This document shows, piece by piece, positions 9,425-17,991 of a stretch of 64,000 nt of DNA. Below the pieces are notes generated by a model, which was given only the letters and a program-made list of their open reading frames with translations, made no database searches and was not told the DNA's origin. The first letter of the stretch is position 1; each line of letters starts with the position of its first letter. The DNA comes from Bacteroidia bacterium (GTDB lineage: Bacteria > Bacteroidota > Bacteroidia > Bacteroidales > UBA7960): positions 126 through 64,125 of the forward strand of contig REEA01000095.1 of NCBI GenBank assembly GCA_007695305.1, written 5' to 3'. Made by a program: the position numbers and the translations under genes.

Positions 9425-11056
9425 ATGTCTCATACCCACACATTGAATCCGTCAATTGAAGAACAGCGTCAGGAGTTTGTGCCCGCTAAAAAGCTGCACA
9501 TCGGCCTGAAAGACATCCGGAACATCATGGATCGCTATCGTTATACAGAGGATATTAAGTCTGTAATTGATCGTGAGCACCTGCTGCCCGCGGGCTTGCT
9601 TACACGGCTCCATTCGGCATATCCGCAATATTCCGGCATCATGGAATCAACCCCTTTCTTATTTACCGACAAAGAAAGATATGCAGGTATGCGCGGCTTC
9701 AGGGAAATTGTCGACATACTGGAAAAGAACGGTATCCATATCGGCCACATCAAAGAACGGGAGTTGTTTGTGGATGTATATCGTTTTTTGGCCACCAAGC
9801 ATGTCCTCAATAAAATCAACTGGAGCAATTTTGAAAAGGACTCCCTGTTTCAGCTGGTCTTTCCACAACCCGGCATGATCAGGGGCGATGTGGTTGAAGC
9901 CTACAAAGAAGCCTCTACAGACGAAGAAAAGCGCAGGATTGTCAAAGATTACCAGAAAAAAACAAATCCACATGATGGCAAACAATTGTTAAACAAACCT
10001 TGGTTTGTGAATGAGGACGGTGAGTTGGAGATACTGAGAGGCAGCCAGCATAAATATCCACAGTGCCAGCTCATTTTTGACAAAACCACACAAAACTGTT
10101 TTACATTTTGCACCTATTGCTTCCGTCATGCCCAGGTGCGCGGTGACGAAGATATGTTTGTGCAGGAGGATATTGAACAAGTGCTGGGTTATATTCGCAA
10201 ACACAAAGAGATTACCGACATGCTCATTACCGGGGGTGATGCAGGATATATCACCTTTGACCGGTTCGAAAAATACGTGCGTCCTTTTATTGAAGACGAC
10301 GAACTATTACATGTCAAAAACCTCCGTTTGGGAACAAGGGTGCTTACCTACCATCCGGAGATGATCCTAAGCAGTGATTACAACCCCTTCCTTGAATTGT
10401 ACCGCGAACTCACAGACCATGGGATCCAGGTTGTGATGATGGCACATTTTTCCACACCGAGGGAGGTGCTCAATCCATCTGCCGTGGCAGCCATTCGGCG
10501 CTTGAAATCCTATGGCGTCACCATAAAGAGCCAGAGTCCTGTGATGCATCACATCAGCCTTTTCTCCGACGAGAACGGGAAAATTGATGTTGACCGATCG
10601 GCCCGGAATTGGATCGATCTCGGAAACATACTCTCTATGCTGGGCGTGGGCTTTCACTCCATGTACTGCGCCAGGCCCACAGGAGAGCATCATTATTTCA
10701 CCGCACCGCTGGCTGATATCAACAAGGTTTTCAGCAAAGTTTACCGCACACTTCCGTCCATCAGCCGTCCATCAAGATATATCACCATGACATCCTCGGC
10801 AGGAAAAGTTTCTCTGCTTGGCACACTGGAGATAAAAGGTGAAAAATTATTTGCATTGAAGTTCAATGAAGGCCGCAATATGGAGTGGCTCGATAAAGTA
10901 TATCTGGCCAGGTACGACGAAAAGGAAAACACCATCGAGAAGCTCAAACCTTACGATGCTGACAAGTATTTCTATGAGGATGAACTGGCCGGGATAGAGC
11001 GCACCCTTGAGGAAAATCTGCAGAAGCGGATTGATGAAGAGGAAGCATCATCCTAA
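9425..11056 (+). CDS. KamA-family radical-SAM, PLP-dependent amino-acid 2,3-aminomutase-like enzyme (atypical, 543 aa)
   Basis: CX3CX2C cluster C225-FTF-C229-TY-C232 follows HKYPQCQLIFDKT (compare KamA THRYPDRVLLLITDMC). Also has a GGD SAM-binding block (ITGGDAG) and a PLP-lysine block SSAGK461 (compare KamA GGGGK337). Confidence 0.8.
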   Translation: MSHTHTLNPSIEEQRQEFVPAKKLHIGLKDIRNIMDRYRYTEDIKSVIDREHLLPAGLLTRLHSAYPQYSGIMESTPFLFTDKERYAGMRGFREIVDILEKNGIHIGHIKERELFVDVYRFLATKHVLNKINWSNFEKDSLFQLVFPQPGMIRGDVVEAYKEASTDEEKRRIVKDYQKKTNPHDGKQLLNKPWFVNEDGELEILRGSQHKYPQCQLIFDKTTQNCFTFCTYCFRHAQVRGDEDMFVQEDIEQVLGYIRKHKEITDMLITGGDAGYITFDRFEKYVRPFIEDDELLHVKNLRLGTRVLTYHPEMILSSDYNPFLELYRELTDHGIQVVMMAHFSTPREVLNPSAVAAIRRLKSYGVTIKSQSPVMHHISLFSDENGKIDVDRSARNWIDLGNILSMLGVGFHSMYCARPTGEHHYFTAPLADINKVFSKVYRTLPSISRPSRYITMTSSAGKVSLLGTLEIKGEKLFALKFNEGRNMEWLDKVYLARYDEKENTIEKLKPYDADKYFYEDELAGIERTLEENLQKRIDEEEASS

Positions 11057-11153
11057 AGGAATTATTGTCCACCGCCTGACTGGTAAATTGTTTTAAAGCC
11101 CGGGGATGTGTTGCATCCGTTTTCGGGCATATGACACATTCAAATATCCATTC

Positions 11154-11867
11154 ATGATAAACAAAATTATTCAAACACCGGCAGAGGCAGTTGCAGATGT
11201 TTTTGATGGTGCAACCGTTATGATCAGTGGCTTTGGTGAAGCCGGCAGTCCCATTGAGCTGATCCATGCTCTGATCGACAAGGGTGCGCGTGACCTTGTG
11301 GTAATCAGCAACAACACCGGCAGTGGTCATGTAGGGCTTGCCGCACTCATCGAAAACAGGCAGGTGCGTAAAATGATCTGTTCTTTTCCGCGGAGCACAA
11401 ATTCAAAGGTTTTTCCTGAGTTATACAAGCGTGGCGAAATCGAGCTGGAGCTTGTGCCCCAGGGTACTTTGGCGGAACGAATCCGGGCCGGCGGGGCAGG
11501 CATACCTGCTTTCTTTACCCCAACATCGGTAGGAACACCCCTGGCCGAAGGGAAAGAGGTACGGGAGTTTAACGGTCAGCTGTTTGTGATGGAGCATGCC
11601 ATTCGTGCAGATTTTGCCCTGGTGAAATGCCGCGCAGCCGATCGTTATGGCAATCTTGTGTACAATAAAACAGCCCGTAACTTTGGTCCGGTGATGTGTA
11701 CCGCCGCCGTAACAACCATTGTTCAGGCCAGAAAAATAGTGGAGCCCGGTCAGTTAGACCCGGAAACGGTGGTTACACCGGGGATATTTGTAAAGCGGGT
11801 GGTGGAAGTATCTAACCCGGCTGATGAGTCTAAACTTGTAGCAGAAGAGAGGAGGTATCCATGGTAA
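11154..11867 (+). CDS. 3-oxoacid CoA-transferase subunit A (ScoA/PcaI/AtoD family)
   Basis: MINKIIQTPAEAV..., SGFG, ISNN, CSFPR and VPQGTLAERIRAGGAGIPAFFTP are all family blocks. I chose the ATG at 11154 over the upstream track start. Confidence 0.88.
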   Translation: MINKIIQTPAEAVADVFDGATVMISGFGEAGSPIELIHALIDKGARDLVVISNNTGSGHVGLAALIENRQVRKMICSFPRSTNSKVFPELYKRGEIELELVPQGTLAERIRAGGAGIPAFFTPTSVGTPLAEGKEVREFNGQLFVMEHAIRADFALVKCRAADRYGNLVYNKTARNFGPVMCTAAVTTIVQARKIVEPGQLDPETVVTPGIFVKRVVEVSNPADESKLVAEERRYPW

Positions 11868-12520
11868 GCAATGCAGAAAAAATTGGCTGGGATGTTCAGG
11901 AAATGGCCCGAAAGGTAGCACTGGATATCCCTGATGGTGCCTATGTAAACCTGGGGATAGGTATTCCCGAAATGGTTTCGGGGCTTGTGCCCGAAGGCCG
12001 CGAGGTAATATACCACACCGAAAATGGCCTGCTTGGCATGGGCCCCCTGCCACCGGCCGGCGAGGAGGACCCGGAATTGATCAACGCCGGAAAAAAATGT
12101 GTCACCGCCATTCCCGGGGCCTGCTACTTCCATCACGCCGACAGCTTTACCATGATTCGCGGGAAGCATATCGACATTTGCGTGCTGGGTGCATTGCAGA
12201 TTTCCGAATCCGGTGACCTGGCAAACTGGTCAACGGGAGACGAAAAAGCCATTCCCGCCGTTGGTGGAGCCATGGACCTCGTTGCAGGCGTCAAAACCAT
12301 TTATGTCATCAGCAAACATGTCACAAAGACCGGTGAGCCCAAAATCGTGAAATCATGCACATATCCGCTAACAGGGAAAGCCGTGGTGGACCGCATCTAT
12401 ACCGATCTGGCCATCATTGATGTGACTCCTAAGGGATTATTTGTCAGGGAGATGGCGCCCGGTGTCACCATGAATTACCTTCAGGAGCGAACAGAAGCCA
12501 CCTTGCACCAGTATGAATAG
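11861..12520 (+). CDS. 3-oxoacid CoA-transferase subunit B (ScoB/PcaJ/AtoA family)
   Basis: Catalytic Glu motif YHTENGLLGMGP ((S/T)ENG). Its start overlaps the subunit A stop (ATGGTAA), and an AGAGGAGG stretch lies just upstream. Confidence 0.88.
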   Translation: MVSNAEKIGWDVQEMARKVALDIPDGAYVNLGIGIPEMVSGLVPEGREVIYHTENGLLGMGPLPPAGEEDPELINAGKKCVTAIPGACYFHHADSFTMIRGKHIDICVLGALQISESGDLANWSTGDEKAIPAVGGAMDLVAGVKTIYVISKHVTKTGEPKIVKSCTYPLTGKAVVDRIYTDLAIIDVTPKGLFVREMAPGVTMNYLQERTEATLHQYE

Positions 12521-12634
12521 CACAGATTGTTTCCCGGCCGACCGTCCATTATAAGATGACGTAAACACACCGGTTGAATCAGCCCCGGAAGCACAGGATT
12601 TTTTACTGTTTTTCAATATTTATTTTCCGAAGAC

Positions 12635-14002
12635 ATGGATATTCAAGCACTAGATTCTATCACACAAAAGAGCGCAGGCGAGGCGTTATACCGCGAAGCC
12701 TGTGAGTATATCACCGGCGGGGTAAGCCGCAACACGGTTTTCAGAAGGCCCCATCCATTTTATGCGGCCAGCGCCTCCGGTTGCTATGTTACGGATGTTG
12801 ATGGCATTCAAAGGCTGGATTTTGCCAACAATATGGCATCACTGATCCACGGGCATGCACACCCTGCTATCGTATCTGCCGTTGTGGAACAGCTGCACCG
12901 CGGTACCGCCTATACCATGGCCACTGAAGCAGAACTTGCTTTTGCCAAACTGCTCTGCCATCGTGTGCCCGGCTTCGAAAAGGTCAGATTTGTGAATTCT
13001 GGCACAGAGGCCGTTATGACAATGATCAAGGCATCACGTGCCTACACCGGAAGACCAAAGATCGCCAAAACAGAAGGAGCATATCACGGCACGTACGACT
13101 TTGCGGAAATCAGTCAAACATCCAAACCGGATCAATGGGGTGATATCAATAAACCAAACAGCGTTCCCCTGGCCTATGGCACTCCGCAGGGTGTTCTGGA
13201 TGATGTGATCATCTTTCCTTTCAACGACATTGAAAAGACCCTGAATATCCTGGATGCCCAGGCTGATCAGATTGCCTGCGTGATCATCGATCCGGTGCCG
13301 CACCGCGTTGGACTTGTGCCCGGTACGGATGCCTTCATCGAAGCATTGTACGACTGGACACGCAGGAACAATGCATTGCTGGTATTCGATGAAGTGGTTA
13401 CCTTGCGCGTTAACTACGGCGGAGCACAGGCAAGATATACTGTCAAGCCCGATATGACGGCACTCGGCAAGATCATCGGGGGAGGTTTCCCGGTTGGTGC
13501 CATAGCCGGCCGCACAGAAGTGATGCGCGTACTGGACCCGCGCGAAAAGAAAATTCTTTTCCCCCATTCGGGAACATTCTCGGCAAACCCTATCACCACA
13601 ACCGCAGGCCGCGTTGCCATGGAGCTATTCGACAAGGATGCCGTAAGCAGGTTGAACGACCTCACAAGAAAAGCCATGGACCAGATAGAAGAAGCCATCA
13701 AAATTGCTGATGTCCCTGTCTCCCTCACAGGCGCCGGCTCCATGTTCAGGATTCACCTGCGGGCAACACCTCCGCAAACATACAGGGAAGCCTATCAACC
13801 CAGGGAAGTGGTGGCGCTTATCGATGAAATACTGGATTATCTTTATCTGAATGAAAATATTATGATGATCAACACCTGCGCGTGTATGTTCTCCACACCA
13901 ATGACGCAAAAGGAAGTGGACATCCTCGCTCAGGCAATGCTCAATGTTTTCAGGCACATCAAACCAACACTGGAAAAAGTACACAAAGAGGTATATGAAT
14001 AA
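12635..14002 (+). CDS. class-III (GSAM-like) PLP aminotransferase, not a typical HemL
   Basis: PLP-lysine block ALGKIIGGGFPVGA, plus NSGTEAVMTMIKASRAYTG and FDEVVT. The N-terminal GGVSRN replaces the HemL GGVNSPVRAF. Length is 455 aa. Confidence 0.8.
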   Translation: MDIQALDSITQKSAGEALYREACEYITGGVSRNTVFRRPHPFYAASASGCYVTDVDGIQRLDFANNMASLIHGHAHPAIVSAVVEQLHRGTAYTMATEAELAFAKLLCHRVPGFEKVRFVNSGTEAVMTMIKASRAYTGRPKIAKTEGAYHGTYDFAEISQTSKPDQWGDINKPNSVPLAYGTPQGVLDDVIIFPFNDIEKTLNILDAQADQIACVIIDPVPHRVGLVPGTDAFIEALYDWTRRNNALLVFDEVVTLRVNYGGAQARYTVKPDMTALGKIIGGGFPVGAIAGRTEVMRVLDPREKKILFPHSGTFSANPITTTAGRVAMELFDKDAVSRLNDLTRKAMDQIEEAIKIADVPVSLTGAGSMFRIHLRATPPQTYREAYQPREVVALIDEILDYLYLNENIMMINTCACMFSTPMTQKEVDILAQAMLNVFRHIKPTLEKVHKEVYE

Positions 14003-15206
14003 TACAAGAGATGTTTTTATTTGTGATGCCGTGCGCACACCCGTAGGTCGTTACGGGGGCAGCCTGTCGGCCGTTCGCGCCGACGATCTGGCCGCGATCC
14101 CCGTCAAGGCCCTGACAGAAAGAAATCCCAATGTTGACTGGCTGGCACTGGATGATGTAATCCTCGGATGTGCCAACCAGGCCGGGGAAGATAACCGCAA
14201 TGTTGCCCGTATGGCACTGCTGCTGGCAGGGCTTTCGGAAACTATTCCCGGGGTTACCACAAACAGGTTGTGCGGCTCCGGCATGGATGCCCTGGGAACG
14301 GCAGCAAGAGCCATCAAAGCCGGCGAAGCAGAGTTGATCATTGCAGGAGGCGTGGAAAGCATGTCGCGTGCGCCATTTGTCATGGAGAAATCAGACAAAG
14401 CTTTTTCCAGATCAGTCAATATGTACGACACAACCATCGGTTGGCGCTTTGTCAACAAAAAAATGGATAAGCTATACGGTACAGATGCAATGATTGAAAC
14501 GGCCGAAAATATTGTTGATGATTTGAAGATCAGCCGCGAAGATCAGGACAAGTTTGCTTTTTGGAGCCAGGAAAAGGCCCACCGGGCTCAGCAAAATGGC
14601 CATCTGGCAATGGAGATTGTTCCCGTAACCATACCTCAGCGAAAGGGCGACCCCATTGTGGTTGATACGGATGAGCACCCAAGGCGAACATCACCGGAAA
14701 AGCTGGCTTCTCTGAAACCAATAGCCAGAGCAGATGGAACTGTGACTGCCGGTAACGCTTCAGGTGTTAACGACGGCGCCGCTGCCCTGCTCATAGCATC
14801 AGCCGATGCGGTTAAACGGTTCAACCTCACACCCCTGGTCAAAATATCAGGCATGTCGGTGGCTGGTGTGTTGCCAGGGATCATGGGCATGGGGCCTGTA
14901 CCGGCTACGGAAAAATTGCTGAAGCGTCTTTCCCTTCAGCTTCATGACATCGATATCATTGAGCTCAATGAAGCTTTTGCTGCGCAAGCATTGGGCTGCA
15001 CACGCACCTTTGGACTCGATGACGATGACCCGCGCATCAACCCGTGGGGTGGTGCTATCGCACTCGGCCATCCGCTGGGGATGAGCGGCGCCAGACTCGT
15101 TACTACCGCAGCGCATCAGCTGCAGCAGGGCAACGGCAAAATCGCACTGTGCACCATGTGCATCGGAGTAGGGCAGGGGATCGCCATGGTTATTGAAAAG
15201 GTTTGA
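13995..15206 (+). CDS. thiolase, PaaJ/PcaF (3-oxoadipyl-CoA thiolase)-like
   Basis: [50 protein letters not shown] (Cys nucleophile), [36 protein letters not shown] and CIGVGQG. The ATG at 13995 overlaps the upstream stop by 8 nt (ATGAATAA). Confidence 0.9.
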   Translation: MNNTRDVFICDAVRTPVGRYGGSLSAVRADDLAAIPVKALTERNPNVDWLALDDVILGCANQAGEDNRNVARMALLLAGLSETIPGVTTNRLCGSGMDALGTAARAIKAGEAELIIAGGVESMSRAPFVMEKSDKAFSRSVNMYDTTIGWRFVNKKMDKLYGTDAMIETAENIVDDLKISREDQDKFAFWSQEKAHRAQQNGHLAMEIVPVTIPQRKGDPIVVDTDEHPRRTSPEKLASLKPIARADGTVTAGNASGVNDGAAALLIASADAVKRFNLTPLVKISGMSVAGVLPGIMGMGPVPATEKLLKRLSLQLHDIDIIELNEAFAAQALGCTRTFGLDDDDPRINPWGGAIALGHPLGMSGARLVTTAAHQLQQGNGKIALCTMCIGVGQGIAMVIEKV

Positions 15207-15321
15207 TGCTTCATGCTATAGCGTGCAAAACATTGCTATTTGCAGCCGGATCCGTAATTGATGATTGCAAAATGCAGACAAACAATGAGATAAAATCATC
15301 AAAACACAGGGTGCGAAGTCA

Positions 15322-15361
15322 GGGGAAGTAAGAAATAGATAGTAGGTAGTAGGTAGTCAGG
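15322..15361 (+). repeat. short purine-rich intergenic element (copy 1 of a GGGAAGT...GTAG...GTAGTCAGG family)
   Basis: AGGGGAAGTAAGAAATAGATAGTAGGTAGTAGGTAGTCAGG. It shares GGGAAGT at the start and GTAGTCA-GG at the end with 60297-60321, and GGGAAG..GTAAGAAGTAG with 43729-43750. Confidence 0.55.
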
Positions 15362-15372
15362 CCAGCAAGATT

Positions 15373-16494
15373 TCATCTGCTGAACCGGTGAATACTCCCC
15401 CCAATTGTGTCAGACCTCGCACCTGTTACGGATGAGAGGCAGTTAGGTAATCCCTCCATACATAACAGACCTAGGAAAGCAAAAACCAGTGCCTCCTTGA
15501 ATTCAATCAGCATTTTATGGGGAATACATATCTCTGATTTGCCGGAAACGGATGCTTTAAGCCTTTCCATAAAAAACGTATTGTATGCACCACCTCCGGT
15601 GACCAATACTCTTTTGCCCGGAGCTCCGGAAATGATGCCTGAGATTTGTGAAACAACATGGATAGTGAAAGTGTGGAGTATGTCGGGCAGAGGTATGGAT
15701 TCGGTTATCAATGGCCAAATCATTGCCTTCACCCATTCTTCACCCAGGCTTTTGGGCCCCGCCAGCTTGTAATAAGAAAGGTTGTCAAGTGCTTGCAGCA
15801 ATTCGGGGATCAGTTTTCCCGAACGTGCGATAATACCCTGAGGATCATAATCAAGGAAGCCTTCTGTTCCGGATATTTCGCCGGGATTCATGTATTGGCC
15901 GGCCGGGATCTTTGCCTGCCTGACCAGCCGGTTGATCACAAAGTTTGCCGGACAGATATCGAATGCCAGCCTTTCTCCGTCCTCTTCAAAGGAGATATTG
16001 GCAAATCCGCCAATGTTGAGGCAGTAATCATATTCGGGAAACAACAACCTGTCGCCCATCGGGACGAGGGGGGCACCCTGACCGCCATTGGCCACATCCA
16101 TGCTTCGCAAATCACTGACCACCGTCGCTCGTGCCGATGCGGCAATGGCTGCTCCATGACCGAGCTGAAAGGTGTATCCGTTGGCCGGTTCATGGAAAAC
16201 GGTGTGGCCATGACTGGAAATTAGGATATCTTGCTTAAGGTCGTTTTTTTCCCTGAAAGACCGGGCTATTTTCCCTAAGTGGTGGCCATAATCCAGGTGC
16301 AGCTTTATCAGGTCGCGTCCTCCGAGGCTTGGTGCTGATTGAAGGTGTGAAATCCAGTTAGGACTGTAGGGGGTGGTTTCTGCTGCCAGGATATCATAAG
16401 ACCACTCGCCCTCATGGCATTTGAAAGAGCAAGCTGCCAGGTCAAGACCATCAAGGGATGTCCCAGACATTAAGCCAATTACCTGGTGTGCCAT
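15373..16494 (-). CDS. anmK: anhydro-N-acetylmuramic acid kinase
   Basis: N-terminal GLMSGTSLDGLD, length 373 aa, and an ASKHA-fold pattern. Confidence 0.88.
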   Translation of the reverse strand: MAHQVIGLMSGTSLDGLDLAACSFKCHEGEWSYDILAAETTPYSPNWISHLQSAPSLGGRDLIKLHLDYGHHLGKIARSFREKNDLKQDILISSHGHTVFHEPANGYTFQLGHGAAIAASARATVVSDLRSMDVANGGQGAPLVPMGDRLLFPEYDYCLNIGGFANISFEEDGERLAFDICPANFVINRLVRQAKIPAGQYMNPGEISGTEGFLDYDPQGIIARSGKLIPELLQALDNLSYYKLAGPKSLGEEWVKAMIWPLITESIPLPDILHTFTIHVVSQISGIISGAPGKRVLVTGGGAYNTFFMERLKASVSGKSEICIPHKMLIEFKEALVFAFLGLLCMEGLPNCLSSVTGARSDTIGGSIHRFSR

Positions 16495-16579
16495 GTTTTC
16501 GTGATTGATTAATTAAAGAAACGCCTGCCGGTTAATCCTTGCTTTGTGCAGTTCTCATCCTGCATGTTTGATTCTACGC

Positions 16580-17908
16580 TTACAAAATCCGGAGCAAGCT
16601 TTCCATCATGATACCGCGCGAACCTTTGATCAATATTCTGTAGCCTTTCAAAGGATTGTTTTCCAACCACTCAGCAGCCTGATTGACATCGGGGAACACC
16701 ATTGTTTGTTTATCAGGCTTGCAAACACCCATGAAGTGTTTTCCCACAAAAATTTGAATTGGGAAACCTGATTTTTTGACCTTATTCACAATTTCAGTAT
16801 GCTCTGCCTCGGCCACACTACCCAGCTCAAGCATATCGCCCAGCATAACGGCAAGCTTTGTATCCCTGTAATTGCTGAAATTGTCCAGTGCTGCTGCCAT
16901 GCTTGTGGGGTTGGCATTGTAAGCATCCATCACGATAAAATTATCTGCTGTTTCTATCAGCTGAGAGCGATGATTAACCGGGCGGTAGGCTTCAATTGCT
17001 GCGATAATTTTTTCCACGGGCACACCAAAGTATACACCCACCGTTACCGCAGCCATCACATTTTCAAAATTATAGCTTCCCGTCAGATGTGTGTTGATCT
17101 CTCCGGTTACAGCTTGCCGGGTTTTGCCCAATGCTCCTGAAGTATTGAATCGTATGTGCAACGTTGGGAAGGAGTTGATAATGGAACCAAAACAATGATT
17201 GGTGGATTTTTTGCCGTAAGAGATGCATGCTAATTCACCGGTGAGTGCAAGCAGGCGCGGATCATCATGGTTTGCAAAGATCACTCCCTGATTGTTTTTC
17301 AGATAATCGAACAATTCCCCTTTTGCTTTGGCGATGTTTTCCACACTGCCGAATCCTTCCAGGTGCGCTTTGCCGATATTTGTGATCAACCCGTGTGTTG
17401 GCGTGGCAATCTCACAAAGAGCGGCGATCTCACCCGGATGATTGGCACCCATTTCAACCACCGCAATTTCCGTTTGTTCTTTTATGGACAGCAGTGTAAC
17501 TGGAACACCGATGTGATTATTCAGATTTCCTTTTGTGGCCATCGAGCGGAAATGTGATGACAGAACTGCCTGAACGAGTTCCTTGGTGGTCGTTTTTCCG
17601 TTGCTGCCTGTGATGGCTATATGTGGGATGTTGATCTGCCCACGGTGAATTTTTGCCAATTGTTGCAAGGTGGATAATGCATCGTCAACAACCAGGTATT
17701 TGTTGTTTTCGGCAAAGGCGGCATTATCGATCACGGCAAGTACACAACCTGCCTCAATAGCGGCTTTTGCATATTGATTGCCATCAAAACGTTCTCCCTT
17801 CAAGGCGAAAAAGAGATCACCCTTTTTTGCCAGTCTGCTGTCGGTACAAATATTTCCGTTTGTTTGCCGGAGCTCCCGGAGTATTTTCTCATTCATGTTG
17901 GGATGCAT
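16580..17908 (-). CDS. murF: UDP-N-acetylmuramoyl-tripeptide--D-alanyl-D-alanine ligase
   Basis: Mur-ligase P-loop TGSNGKTTTKE, CTDSR near the N-terminus, and DAYNANP. Confidence 0.9.
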   Translation of the reverse strand: MHPNMNEKILRELRQTNGNICTDSRLAKKGDLFFALKGERFDGNQYAKAAIEAGCVLAVIDNAAFAENNKYLVVDDALSTLQQLAKIHRGQINIPHIAITGSNGKTTTKELVQAVLSSHFRSMATKGNLNNHIGVPVTLLSIKEQTEIAVVEMGANHPGEIAALCEIATPTHGLITNIGKAHLEGFGSVENIAKAKGELFDYLKNNQGVIFANHDDPRLLALTGELACISYGKKSTNHCFGSIINSFPTLHIRFNTSGALGKTRQAVTGEINTHLTGSYNFENVMAAVTVGVYFGVPVEKIIAAIEAYRPVNHRSQLIETADNFIVMDAYNANPTSMAAALDNFSNYRDTKLAVMLGDMLELGSVAEAEHTEIVNKVKKSGFPIQIFVGKHFMGVCKPDKQTMVFPDVNQAAEWLENNPLKGYRILIKGSRGIMMESLLRIL

Positions 17909-17991
17909 CTTGCACGAGCTATTGTTTTAAACCAAAAAGCCCCATTTGCCTGAGAAATGGGGCTTTGATGATGTTATCAAAACATATTTTT

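Noticed and set aside
12635-14002. Annotating the class-III aminotransferase as glutamate-1-semialdehyde 2,1-aminomutase (hemL).
   Set aside because: It lacks the HemL N-terminal GGVNSPVRAF signature, having GGVSRN instead. It is about 25 aa longer than HemL and is embedded in a catabolic-looking operon with no haem genes nearby.
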